Below are positions 12,201 through 25,300 of a stretch of DNA of 64,000 nt, one piece after another. Made by a program: the position numbers and the translations under genes. The notes beneath the pieces are model-generated. The model saw only the letters and a list, made by a program, of their open reading frames with translations, did not search any database and was not told where the DNA came from. Numbering within the stretch: position 1 is the first letter of the stretch; every line of letters begins with the position of its first letter. Source of the stretch: Takakia lepidozioides (taxonomy: Eukaryota > Plantae > Bryophyta); the NCBI GenBank assembly GCA_030704615.1, contig CM060731.1, positions 28,334,001 to 28,398,000 on the forward strand, in the 5' to 3' direction.

Positions 12201-13679
12201 GAGGCAGAACGTCCAGCACAAGAAAGTTGTCTCTCATGAGAACGTCCAGCACAAGAAAGTTGTCTCTCATGAGAGCGTCCATTCCAGATCATGCGAATAC
12301 TAGCTGCAAGAATACTGAGTAGCTGCTATTCACGAGCTCCGAACTAAATACCAATTATTGAGCGATTCTGAGATCCTACAACTCGCTTCAAAAGAGCTTA
12401 AAATCAGAGATGCCTTCAGAGTAGAAAATCCATTGTTTAGGCGATGTCTAGGCGATGTCTGTGTGGTGAGGATGGATCATAATAAGGAAGGCTCCCAGGT
12501 GGCTTCAAAAGTTTGAAAGTGCGGTATGCTAGGTATGGTAGAGATCTCTTGCTCACAGACTGCTGAGGAGGGGCCACATCCTCTTCCTTGCTTTGACTTT
12601 GGCGGAACCTCGCACCGACGCACACGATGTCACAGATTGACACACGCCTCGGACTTCGTGGAGGTGGCCACCCACATCACTCGTTCTCTATCAGAGTTGT
12701 GAGTTATGCGTGCCACGCCTCACTTTATTCCTTCCACGTTCAAAGGGCCAAAGAGACTAGTAAGACTTAATGCACACGTGGAATCTCTGACGGTACGCCG
12801 CTTCTCAGCATGTCAAATCTTCCCCACCCTCTTAAGCGAGAGTAACTTCACTTGGGGTTAAATGGAAGCGAGTGTAACTGTAATCCCTGTAACTGGCACT
12901 TGGTCTCGAAATTTGACTACGCATAATATGGACATAACCGGTTTTGGTGTCTTATTATGGTACTTTTTAAGGTTTTTTCCAGAACGTTATGGGCTGGTCC
13001 TGTGTCATAAGTCATAATGCGTCACCTTAGAGGCTACTAATATAGACCGTCAGATCGTCGCATATATTGACTGCCCATATCCAGTAGATCGTAGCCGTTT
13101 GTAGTACTGTTGATCAACGGTGGGGAGACACTGGTTACACTCTGGAACGGGTCCGTTGGAGCCCGTTCCACCCTACCGGAACACAGGCTCGCCCCTACAG
13201 GCTCACCACGTTCCTAGGTGAAACGGGCCGATAGGGCTCGTTCCATAGTACGTTATGGTCAGGAGGTGGTTTTTCTGCCAATTTTGCCCCTCCGTTAAAT
13301 GGCAGAATATTTGAGTAGATAGCAGAATGCCCCAGCAGGTCGCAGAATGCACAGGTAGTTGGCAGAATGCTCGGGTCTTCCATGTTTCGGGCAGTTTATG
13401 TCGAACACCTCTGACCATAATGCGATGGAACGGTCAGAGCCGGGCCATTCTGTCCCCTGAGCTGCCTTGCCGTGAATTTTGGCGAGGCCGGGACGGGCCG
13501 TTCTGTCCCCTTTGCTGCCCAGCCTGAAGTATTGTCTCGGCCTTGGAGTACATAACCGAGGTTTGGAGGCATTTTGCCTACGTGGCGGCGTTTAATTTGT
13601 CCTGGAAAGGCGTGTCACCCGCGGTAGCCCACCACCACCTGGGTTATGTCTGGTAGAGGGGGAGGCTTAACATGCTACT

Positions 13680-15120
13680 GGGTGTAGCCGGACAGGGGGT
13701 TGGTATCGCGGTGAGCACAACCCACGGTCATGGGAGTTTTATGATTTTTTAACCTCGGTCATAGATGATAGGAGTTATATGTTTTCAGAATGGAATAAAA
13801 CCATAAGCGGATATAGAGGACTGGTGCATTTATACGGTACATCTGCACCAATCCGGTGAGGCGAAACCTTCAGTAGTGTAGCTTGAAATCGTAAACCTAT
13901 AGCGGCGGCAGCGAGTTTCGTATTGAGAAATACTTGGTGATATGGGCACAAACCTTAGCAGCATTGAAGAAAGAGAACCTTAAAAGAAAAAATATCGCAA
14001 CAATTTCCTGCAATGAAAACAAAATAGTTGCAATTGATACAAAATACAATTCTAATGCTATACTTTCGCTTATTGAAATTTCCTAAACATTGATTTTGTT
14101 CAAAAACCTACATGCTTTTGAACCAATGTGGAGGGATATGAACTAAGGGATTTGAACTCATTTGCCGTAGCACAAGAGTTTCTCAACACGAAACTCTTGT
14201 CTGATAAGGGTTTTGTTCAAAAATCTGCATCTTTTACTAAACTCAAAACTCTTTGTCTGAAAGTGTTTTTAGAGGGTTTTGAACTGGTTGGCCGTAACAA
14301 AAGAGTATTTCAACACGAAACTCTTGTCTGATAGTGTATCTGTTAAAAAACAAGCATGCTTTTGAGACAATATGGAGATATATGAATCGAGGGAATTGAA
14401 CTGCTTTCCTGTAACAAAAGAGTTTCTCAAAAAGAAACTCATGTCTGACATTGTTCTTGTTCAAAAATTGGCATGCTGTTGAACCAATATTGAGAGAGAT
14501 TTGAACTGCTTCGTCGTAACAAAAGAGTTTTTCAATACGAAACTCTTGTGTGACAGTGTATTTGTTCAAAAACATGCGCGATTCTCTGGGCATCTCAAGA
14601 TTATTTTTCATATTTGTGAGCATCCTAACTGCACGCTACCCAACCTCTTTTTAGGAATCAGAGTTTCGCACTGCAAATGCATATCGAGAGAGTTTCGCTC
14701 TACAAAAATATACATGGGTAGGGCCTTTGAAAGTGACCTATTCATCTTTTCAGCTAGAGTGTGATTTCTTCTCAGGCTGGTTGGTACAAAGTTTCGCCAT
14801 GCGAAATTATCCATGGGTGATGATCTTAAATTTAAGATTAGGCCTCACTGCCCACTCTCGTGCCTCTTATGAAAAGGGTCTGCTATCGTGTGAGCACAAC
14901 GTGAGGAAAAAACCACGCTTATAGGATAACATGTTCATCAGGTATAGGGGCTACTTGTTCTTTATGTGTTAATTTCGCAAAATTGTTAGTTTTGCTAATT
15001 CCGTTTCGTTGTGGAAATTTTGCGAAAATTTGGTGGAAATTCAGGGAATATGCCCTTGTGCTCAGCAGGGAATCCCTTGACGGTACCGCGTCTTGGCACG
15101 GCTGGTGTCCGGCTACACCC
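13680..15120. mobile_element. Putative non-autonomous TIR DNA element with an internal tandem array
   Basis: 15-bp inverted termini GGGTGTAGCCGGACA / TGTCCGGCTACACCC. No clean TSD, so the superfamily is uncertain. Confidence 0.6.
14095..14580. repeat. About 4.5 diverged tandem units of 105-125 bp, each with a short hairpin
   Basis: Recurring TTGTTCAAAAA..CATGC..TTGAACT..GTAACAAAAGAGTTTCTCAACACGAAACTCTTGTCTGA. Confidence 0.8.
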
Positions 15121-16644
15121 CTAGCCGGTCTCGTCTCTACGGCTACCTAGTCTTTAGAGGAGATAATATCTAGGGGTCACACTTGTTGGAGGTACATAGA
15201 TCTGAGGTAACACTAGTCACCCATCAGTAGTTGCCATCAGGAGTTGGAGGCTACCTAGCATACCTCTCCCATTTCAAATAGTGGCAGGGGCAGACGGAGG
15301 AGCCCACACAAAAATAACGTCACAACGTACGAGTCCATTAAGTTCTTACAGTATTCCTATTGTTTTCCGTTGAGGAAGACGTCTATGTTTTACCTGGTGT
15401 GGTTGATCCCTGAACGAAGAATATTCGACAGTTGAGGTATTAATGAGAGGTTTTTGATGCTCTGTGAAGGTGTGGGTCTCTCACCTTTCTGCAGTGGAAC
15501 CTACAGTAGGAATAATGTAAAACCGTAATGCACATGTGAGATCGCTGATAGCACAGATTTTGGCATGTCAAATCTTCCCCATCCCTCTCAAGAGTGACAC
15601 AGATTGGGGCGACATGGAAAGGCATGTCTAACTTCCACTTGGTGTCATAACATTTGACTAATCAAAATCTGACTAAGTCAAAATTCGACACAAGTCTAAA
15701 ATGTGGTGGCAGGAAGTTACATTAGACAGGGGTAGAACGATTATGGACCGAGGTGAGAGTGACCTTGGTGACACAGACATCCATCAAAGCCATCACGACC
15801 ACTCAACCAACCAACTGCATTCTTAATAGTGAGTCGGAGGTAAAAGGGGTGGGAAGGATTTAACAAGGGGCCTGCCGGAGGAGCAGACGCCTGAGTCCGG
15901 CGAAAGTTTCGTCAGATGGCAGGCGTGCATTAAGTTCTTACATTATTCCTATTGGTTTTCCCAACCTACCTACCGAGCTCACCAAAACTATAAAGGGGTG
16001 ACCTCACCAAGAGCTTCATGCTGACATAGCAGAGGACTTTCCAGAGGAAACATTGCAGGAATAAAAAATCAGCATCAGCCCTTTCACGGGTGAGTGTTCT
16101 GAAGAGGTGTCAGAGCATTAAACTACCCAGGCACAACTACTGCTTGGTGAGCAGTAAATGAACCGATACCCACATTGTGGGTGAAGAGCAAAATCATCTT
16201 TGTGCAGGGACTGAGAAATGACAACAGACCGATTGGGGTTCTGATTTCACTTTGAGAAGCTCCAAGCAGTCGAAGCAACAGATCAATAATCTAAATTTCA
16301 CTAGCTACCTTTATTTATAGTAATGAAACACTCAAAACTTGTGTTCCAGCTCACACATCCCAGCTCTTAGCTGCTGTATCAGACATTATCCTGATTCTTT
16401 CCTCTCCGATCACTGATGGTGAGTAATTCAGAAAGTTTCTTTACTGTATTTCCCTTCTTTCACAACGAGATCACCTCCCAAGGGGGCTATATCTCAGCTG
16501 CACAAGCCGATATAAGACAGGGATGCAACTCAGGACCATCGTTTGCACAAAAGTTAGTACAATTGAGCATTCTAAGTATCCAAGTATCATTTTCAGTAAC
16601 TTAAAAAAATGTGGATGGGTGTTTAAAATGAGCTTAGGATCTCT

Positions 16645-19600
16645 TCAAGAAATCCGTCGGATTTGGATGGACTGCAACATATCAGCTGTGGAGATATCTG
16701 AGACAGCCACCACCAAATCACCCTGTTTCATCATGCCACGAGCCTTCAGCAGGGCAAATGTGCGCCGCAAATTGCTCTCCATGTCATCGGAGAAGTCAAG
16801 GCGGAACGGTATCAAACCCCACTGCAAATTGAGACGTTGGCGCACCGACTTGCTTTCCGTGAAGGCGAAGATGGGGCAGTCTGGCCGACATCGGGACAAC
16901 AGTGATGCCATGTAGCCTTGCCTTGTATAAACAAAGATAGCATCGACTTCCAACTTGTTGGCTGCATCCACTACCACTGTCACTCCACTGCAATGTAGTG
17001 ATCCTCACAACCACCTTTGCATCCAGATCAAAGGGCTACCAAATTCACACCAGACAACACAGATTGAGACGTTACTTTTTGTTAATAGACCCAGTAGTAA
17101 ATTTCTGGGCCATGTATATCACTGTGGGAGACACATAATTAGAAGATTTTGAGGCCACATGTCAGATGTGCTGATTCTGCTGGAGCCCGTCAATTATGAG
17201 CCCAAACCTCATTTCAAGGGTGTTGAGTTTGCAAGGTAACCTCAAAAAGCCTCTTCACAGACAAGACAAGGACACGTACCCATCTGAGCGGCGGAGTTGC
17301 AAATTTGCTCAGAGATACGTTCGTGGAGGGCTGTGGAAATCTCTGGCAGGCGCATAGATTGATGGTGCTTCTCCTCACGACACCAGCGCTCAATGCGAAG
17401 ACTCACAGTGCGCAGCACACTCAGAGCCTTTTCTGGGTACAATCCCATAGCCGACTCCCCCGACAACATCAAAGCATCTGCACGTTGCCTCACTGCATCT
17501 GACACATCGGCCACCTATCCAACCATTCTCCCCCATCATCAGATCAACCTTGATTCAAAACTTTAATCCTCTGATCTTTGTTGTTCCGCTCGAGAGGGGA
17601 GGTTGTATCCTGGAGGCTTCTGATCCCAAAAGGAAAGGTAAGAGTCTTTTGGGGGAACCATTTTAGGTTCCACTTTTATCTTCAGTGCACCAGCTGATTC
17701 AACTCGCTTGGTGCTCATGGAGGAGTGAAGATCTGTCAATCTTCAGTTTGTTTTCTTTTCGTCATCATTCAATACAAGCAGCTTCATGTCAGAGAACTAT
17801 TGATTCAGGAGTTCACATGTGCTTGTAGAAGTTTGGCTCCCTCCCAACACTGTGGGCTGGGGGGGCGGGGGGGGTGTGGGAGGTCGCTTGTGCATTTGGT
17901 TAGTGCTGAAAACTTGCTTTGGCAAGAGCTTCTGTTACAGGCCCTGGAATCCCTTTGGCCCTTTTTTTTCGCTGCCTCTGTGATTGCTTCCACAAAGTGG
18001 GGCTTTTCTCAGCTTTGCTGGTCTTTTCCTCTCTTACTAGCTCTAATGAAGTTAGGCATAAAACTTCCCTGAACTTGTTTCTGTGACATGGGCTAGGACC
18101 TTAAGGATGATCTGAAGGGTCTACCTACCCTCAGCACAAGACTGAAATTTAAACTCAGGGCGGGGAGCCTACCTTTGAACAAATGCAGAGAGGAAAAGGA
18201 GATTGTAAGACAATATCAAATTTCTGATACATTGTCCGGGGTATTCTCACCAGAGAGCAACCCTCTTCAGGAACATCAAGAACAAGGCAACTGCACCTCT
18301 GTTCACCAACTTTCAGAATCTCAAGGCTGAGCCTAATCCCTGGCCCTGTTGTAACTATTGGGCTGCTAACACACAGCAGATAGATGCTTGTGTGAAGGGC
18401 TTTCTAGAGGATATCAGGACAACCTCAACAAATTGTTTATATCAAGGGAAGTCACACTACTGGAGTGAGCACTTCACAAAGGTAGTGCCTACCCCCTATG
18501 TTCCCACCCAAACTGGGTGCGGAGTCTATGGCCACAAGGCTACAGCAAACGGAGTCTTACATCCACTTACTAGCTCTGAATACAAAAATATCTTGCAGTA
18601 AACCTGCTGAGCGGTAGTTTCCTGAACATTTGTAGGCTACCTACCGCATACCAGCATTTTGCAGATGAATGGAAAGCACATCATGGCCTCTAGATACAGT
18701 AACATTTTTTTCAGTTGCTCTGAAAGCCAACAGAGGTAAGTAGTCACCTCAGCACGAGTTGGAGTAGGGTACTCAATCATAGACTCCAAGAGTTGGGATG
18801 CCACAATCACAGGCTTGTTGAGCTGGCGACAGAGATGCACAATCTCCTGCTGTACTGACGGAACCTGCTCCAAAGGTATTTGCGCACCCAGGTCACCTCT
18901 CGCCACCATAGCTCCATCTGACACTTGTATTATGTCATCCAAGTTTTTCAGAGAATCACAGCTCTCAATCTTGGCAAACACTCCAATCGACCTGCTCACA
19001 CCTGCCAGAGGCAATCAGCAGCTATTCCAGAGGAACACCAGTTTACATACAAATGCACAAAATTCAACAAAGCACTTTAACTGGGTATGGCTCTCATGTA
19101 CCCAGTTTGAATACAGTTAAGCTTTAGCAACGACAGTGCCTCTGCTCCCAATATCGTTTGTGAGCAACAAGAATCCATATCTAGTTGCTCTGGTCATCCA
19201 CCCATCTGGCATTGACCTTCAAGAATATGAAGCAGAGTGGATCAACCTCAGACTTACCCATCGGGCGATCTTGCAGAAATGTAGCTCTTCAGATGCTTAA
19301 TTACATCAGGTGATTTCACAAAAGAGATGGCAATGAAGTCAACTCCCTCTGAGATCCCGAAGTCAATGTCAATCCAGTCCTGCACAGTCATGCAGAACTA
19401 TCAAGAACTGTAGTGTATCCCCATTCGATACTCATCAAGTTTCCCTTTCCAAAGTGTGCAAGCTATTCTTTCATCTGATGGAATCAACAACTGACATTGT
19501 GAGAAAAGAGAGACAGAGAGGGGAGTGCTAAATGCTGCAGTGACAAAACTTGGTGGAAGGTGCAAACTGAGTAAAATGTTTCCATCTGCCAAAGAGGTTA

Positions 19601-22465
19601 GGTGCTATGTACTAGACCCCGTGCTATAGATGCACCTATCATATTCCCCATACAGAACTTGTAGAAAGATTCAGGGGAGTGAGATGTGCCTTAGAAGAAA
19701 TGGTGGGGAGCATGGCATTGCGTTCTCGAACTAATCGGCCCTCCCTCCAGAATGTGAGATTAGCGCGTGGAAGCAGCAGACCAGGGTCAATGCACTTGCA
19801 CTTGACATCAGGGCCAATCTTTGCCGCCACCTCAAAGCGCACCATGCCTCCATCCACAACCAGCTCATCCCCCACCTTGACATCTGCCCATTACGTGTCA
19901 TTGTAAGATGATCACCCATTCTGGATAGTTTTGAAGAAGCAGCAAGAGCTCCAGGAAATCATGCAGATGCTACTTTCGTGTTATGATTGCTTGTATGCTT
20001 ATTTGCAGGACAGCTGCGCCGCTGGTGATTTAGGTCATGCTCAAACTTGTTCGACATCTACAAAAATTCCAAATCACCTTAATTTCTGCAAAGATTGTAA
20101 CTCGCAGAAATAAGTGACTGCATGAGCAGTGTAAAAGTTAGTGAGTTCCAGTGATACAACCCACTTTGTACCTAACTAATACTGAGGTACATACCCTCTG
20201 CAAAGCCATCGTAGTTGACTACTATGGTATGCTCAGGCAGAGCTCCTGCAAATGTGCGCACTGTAAACACCCACACCTCTCCATCCTGTCCACATATGCA
20301 AGCATCCCATTACCCCTGTCAGCAGAGGACTCTATGAGAGTGTAAAATACTATGTATGATCCTATCCTTGCAATCTCTCCTAGTCCTTCACATACCTACC
20401 TTAAGAGTGGCAATCTCCCCTCACTGTAGTTTGGGGTTGATGTTCAAGAGGTCAGTCTTCAGAGTAAAAATCCGTTTTATGGGAAGGGAGGTCCAAGCCA
20501 GACAGCTCACCACCCTTAAGACTGGTATGTCAGGCTGCTACAGTACAGCTATTATTAGGAAGTTGAAGTGTCCACCTTGACTTCAACAAGGAATGTGAGG
20601 TGGTTTTACTGACTGACTTCGCTAAGCAATAGAGGCACCCAAAAATACTTACTTTGCCACTTTCGATCCAAAACCAGCATGTCAATGCTAGCCATTCAGC
20701 AGATTCTCATCAGCTGGATGATGGCTACATCCCTATGACGCTCAGACTCATACCCTGATGGGTAACAGACGAATATCAAAAGTGGGTAGTAGTTGTCCTC
20801 AACTATACATCATAGCCATGGTCCATGAACAGGCTATAAATTTCTCCCTGGCTCTTCTCCTCTCCGTACGTATCCCTGTCGTGTATCTTGGTGGTGGCTG
20901 AGTTTTAGTAACACTGCTCCAGAATTGCCTGATCCCTGTCCCCCTCTCTATATCCTTGCATTTGGCTAACTCCACTCTTGGATTACTTAATCCTGTCGTG
21001 GTGTAGAGAAATGGCTAGTTGAGCTGCTCGTACATTTCTCGTGGTAAGGCAAGGAGAATGGTATGTCCATGAAGGTTCCTAGTGAACAAACACGACATTT
21101 GATGGTGAACTCATCCATGATGTCTTGTGCTAGGCCCTGTAGCAGCAGCATACCGTAGTTTATGTGTACCTTCTACATGATCCGGTCAATGTACATTGAC
21201 CGCATGGCTGGTCTACTATAGTCAATGCCTTGTGTCAGCATTAGGAAACATGAAAATGAGAGGATTGAGGATCTCTCTCTCTCTCCTCTGTTATTAGGCC
21301 TGCCTTAGAGTACGCATCTGCAGCATGGGTTGATAACTCCAACCAGGCTAAGTCTCTAGAATCCATTCAAGTGGGGGTGCTTAGGAGTGCATGTCAGCAT
21401 GCTCCAAAACAGCCAATGTGGCTGTTCGGGGTGAGTTTGGCATCCTTCCCTTAAGCTCCCGACGAGATGAATTCAAGGTCAGATGGTGGGGCCAGCTGCA
21501 ACATATGTCCAACATCAGATATCCTTAGTTAATCGACTCTATATCTTGGAAGCAGGTTCGCCCTGTCAAACAGGTTAAGTCCCGGCGGAAGAGAGTAGAA
21601 GAGATTCTCAAGGATCTGAATCAAGTCCACAAGCCTTGACCTCTATTGTCAGGAAATTGACTGATGAAAATGAAGTTAGGCAGAAAACTTCCCTGAACTT
21701 GTTTCCAGTCTGTGACATGGGAGAGGCCATCATGGATGACCTCAACACCTCGGCACTAGACCGAAATTTAAACTCAAGGCGGGAAGCCTACCTTTGAACA
21801 GCAAACAGAAGCAGAGAGGAAAGGGGGATTGCAAATGCCCGTCGTGTGGGCAACCTGAAGACAATATTCACTTTCTGATTCATTGTCCTCTTCAAATCTA
21901 TCAAGGGAATTGTGCCTGTACCTCTGTTTACCAACTTTGAAAGTCTCAAGGCTGAGTCAAAAGCCCAGGCCCTTTTGGGGCCTAGTTATCGGGCAAACTA
22001 CACACAGCAGATTGACGCTTGTGTAAAGGGATTTCTAGAGGAAAGCTGGATCAATTGTCTGTTCCAAGGTAAGACATACTACCGGTGTCAGCCCCTGACA
22101 AAGGTGGTTTCTGTCCCTTTGTGTTCCGCTCAAACCGAGCGTGGGTCAATGGCCACAAGGCTACGGCAAACAACGTCTTATGAGTACATTCTGTCTCTCC
22201 TCTTTCACTCTCCCCATCAAGGGGATTGTTCCTGTACCTCTGTTTTCCAACTTTGGTAATTGGGCAAATCACACACAGCAGATTGATGTTTGTGTGAAGG
22301 GATTTCTGGGGGATATCTGGAAAACAGATCAATTGTTTGTTTCAAGGTAAGTCATACTACCCGCGTCAGCCCCTGACAGAGGTAGTTTCTGTCCCTTTGT
22401 GTTCCGCTCAAACTGGGTGCAGGGTCAATGGCCACAAGGCTATGGCAAAGAACGTCTTATGAGTA

Positions 22466-22533
<68 letters not shown>

Positions 22534-24326
22534 TCTTGATGGTGGCTGAGTTTTTGGTAACACCACTCAAGAATTGCCAAATCCCGTTATTGTGTTAGAA
22601 ATTATTTTGCCTAGAACGGACTAGGATAATGGGAAACGGATTAGGGTTCTCCCTAGATCCGAACCTAAAGCAGACATGGTCAGAAAAGAGGCTGCCTTAT
22701 AGAGTTAAAAGCCGTGGCTGCTCCTCTCATTTGGAAGAGCAGGAAGGAGCTAAAGGAGAAGTTGCCTTAGTGCTGAACTCACTTTGGCTCTTTACTTTCA
22801 AGTGCTGCTTAGTATGACAACACAGGGCTGAGTGTTGCTGTAGCAGCATAAACAATGCTTCGCTTTGCTGATGCACTGTTGCAAGAGATACTACCACCCT
22901 CCACCCACTGAGCTATCTTTTCTTTCTATCTTGCGATCCATGAATGTCTCCTAGCTAAAGTGGACATGGATAACAACTGTCAAGCCATTTAAGCCTGGAA
23001 TTCTATGCAAATCACTAATCTATTGGTTGGTGGGTGTGCACAATGGGGCCAGGTGAGGCGGCTTCACTTGCATTAGAGGGTAGTCAGGCTGGGATTGTGA
23101 AAGGAAAGAAGGGCATAAGGGAAGCCTTCTTGCTGCCTCATACTTGGTGTGGAATGGTGTTGAGAGTAAACACATGTTTGTGCTAGTCTAAAAAAATTTG
23201 ATGGACTGTTGGAAGCCTACCTTGAAATAGGTAATGGCTACATGGATTCACACACTAAGACATCCAAGGGGCTCAAGTATGCCCACGTAGTGCATTATGA
23301 ATTTGCAGAACTACTTCAAAGAACCAATCCCCTGCTGAGCTCTGGCTTTTCTCATAGCTGCAGTTTTGACTTCTACGTAACCTCTACTAGAAATATTCTA
23401 GTATGAATCTATGAGGGTTTGTACTCTACCTGTGGAAACCATTGAAGGATCTTATGGTCAAAGCCTTGCTTGCATATGATAACACCTTATGTAAGCAATT
23501 GCAAGATTTATAAGCATACATGTTCAAAAATCTGAGTTTTGAAGGACTTGTGAGGTTTATATGTCATTGCTGGCGTCTATACTGAAGGAGCTGAAGCATG
23601 TCTAGATGTATGATGTCGTTAAACCTCTCTCTCTCTATCTCTCACCTCAGCTTTTACAGAGGCGGCACCTCCCAAATCACCCATGTGAATCTCGCTGCCT
23701 TCAGTATCCATCATAATGGCCACTGAATAGCCCTTCTCGGAATTCAGCTTTCGCACATTGCGGATGACTTGCCTGTGCCAGTCACGCGTACCATGACACA
23801 TATTCAAGCGAGCTACGTTCATCCCCCCCATAGCGAGCGCCTCCAATTGCTCAAACGCGCACGTTGCTGGTCCTATGGTGGCAATCAGCTTTGTTCTTCT
23901 GGTGCTGCGGAATCCATTCTCCTTAAGCTCCGCCTCAGTTACGGCATCTACTTCGATCGCGGAGGAGAACAAAGGTCTTTCACCTGCCTCCTTCTTGATC
24001 TGTACCAGACCATTTGTGAGGGCTCCATAAGCTGCATCAAGCACACCTGCGTGCGCATCGCTCGTTCCCCCAGCAATTATTGTTTCTCTTTGCGGCTGCG
24101 GTACCCCGCGTCGAATTCTTCCCTTGCCCAATCTGCTCGAACCCTCCCAACTCACCCTTGCAGCCAGGGTGCACACCGGGCCCACAGGTCTAAGCGAGAT
24201 GCAGCTCCTGGTGCTGCACCCAAGAGCCAACCCTCCAACCCCTCCTCCATGAAATGAAAGCACCCCCTGCGACCACGACAGGGCTGATGAGGCCGAGAGC
24301 ACCTGCAGGTGCATTGCCTGCGCCAT
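16645..24326 (-). CDS. PKP1: Plastid pyruvate kinase alpha subunit; exons 24326-23646, 20285-20195, 19883-19690, 19379-19258, 18991-18748, 17514-17280, 16961-16645 (627 aa)
   Basis: Transit peptide, then [83 protein letters not shown]. Exons sum to 1884 nt in frame; intron 3 needs a GC donor. Confidence 0.95.
18040..18560 (+). mobile_element. Old 3' fragment of the RTE-like LINE family in pyruvate kinase intron 5
   Basis: Homologous to 21665-22190 and to the reverse complement of 33058-33630; ends ...GGCCACAAGGCTACAGCAAAC. Confidence 0.8.
21289..22470 (+). mobile_element. 5'-truncated RTE-like LINE with a second tandem 3' end, in pyruvate kinase intron 1
   Basis: Matches the reverse complement of 33058-34115. 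The 3' terminus ...CGTCTTATGAGTACATTCT occurs twice (about 22190 and 22470); flanked by (TC)n. Confidence 0.85.
22469..22528. repeat. (TC)n microsatellite
   Basis: Uninterrupted TC run at the LINE 3' end. Confidence 0.95.
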
Positions 24327-24994
24327 AGTCTCCTTGACAATTCCTCTCTCAACACTCTAAAAAACTACATCAATGGAACAAAGAGCAGGGGAAGAGCGGG
24401 TGAATCCGGGGAGACCCACAAACTCGCAAATTTGTCCCTACCAAATTTGTCCTTACCAGCTTACAAACCCAGAGAAACGCACAGTTATGCGAGGGAATAC
24501 AGCCATCTGAGAATGTAAGGGATACCACAACGGACAAGTATTTTCATGCACACGTGTGCTGGCTTGCCGACGTCGTTTTCAAGGCACTTTTTGCCATGCT
24601 GCCTACAAACCTCCCCACCTGGAAACATCTCTGGCATTTGTGGGTTTGAACTTTGAAGGGTTCCTGCAATCAGAGGACATCTAGCTGGTTTTCAAATATC
24701 TGGAGGAATCTCCCACACTCTGCCCCGAGTACTCTGCATTTGTCTTTCTTGGAATAGCATTTCCTCGTAGTCACTCTATCTTATTCCTCGTACAATCACA
24801 CTAATTGCAACCCTCACTCTTATGGACATGTGGGTACGTTGGTGTGTGGGGAACTTAGGCGAGTATGAGATATTTAGGCGGAGTTTATCAGGTGGGACTT
24901 GCACAAAACATCGGAACATACTCTTGGGAGGTCCATGTTCCCCAACATTCTCCAATTTTGCTCCCCTGTTCCTGGGATCCTTGCTCTCCATAGT

Positions 24995-25300
24995 GGGACA
25001 GGGGAGCGGGGGACCACGCAACAGGGAGCGAGCCACATTCCACAGGGCGAGTAGGGGTGCAGGGTCGGGAACCGGGAGGAGGAGGGGAGCGAGATCAGGA
25101 AGGGTAGCGAGGTCAGGAACGGCGGCAAGGAGGGGAGCGAGCGCAGGAACAGGGGAGCGAGGTCGGGAACCGGGGACGAGGAGGGGAGCGAGGACTGGGA
25201 ACAGGGGAGCGAGCCGCATTCCATAAGGCGAGGAGGGGAGCGGGACCGGGATAGGGGAGCGGACTGGGAACAAGGAGGGGACAGGCGGAACAGGGGAGCG
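24995..25300. repeat. Purine-rich minisatellite with core AGGGGAGCG (about 10 copies)
   Basis: Repeated AGGGGAGCG(A/G) interleaved with GGGAAC/CGGGG, about 0.7 kb upstream of the pyruvate kinase ATG. Confidence 0.8.

Noticed and set aside
24776-25273. Pro-rich and Gly/Arg-rich ORFs
   Set aside because: Translation of the AGGGGAGCG minisatellite.
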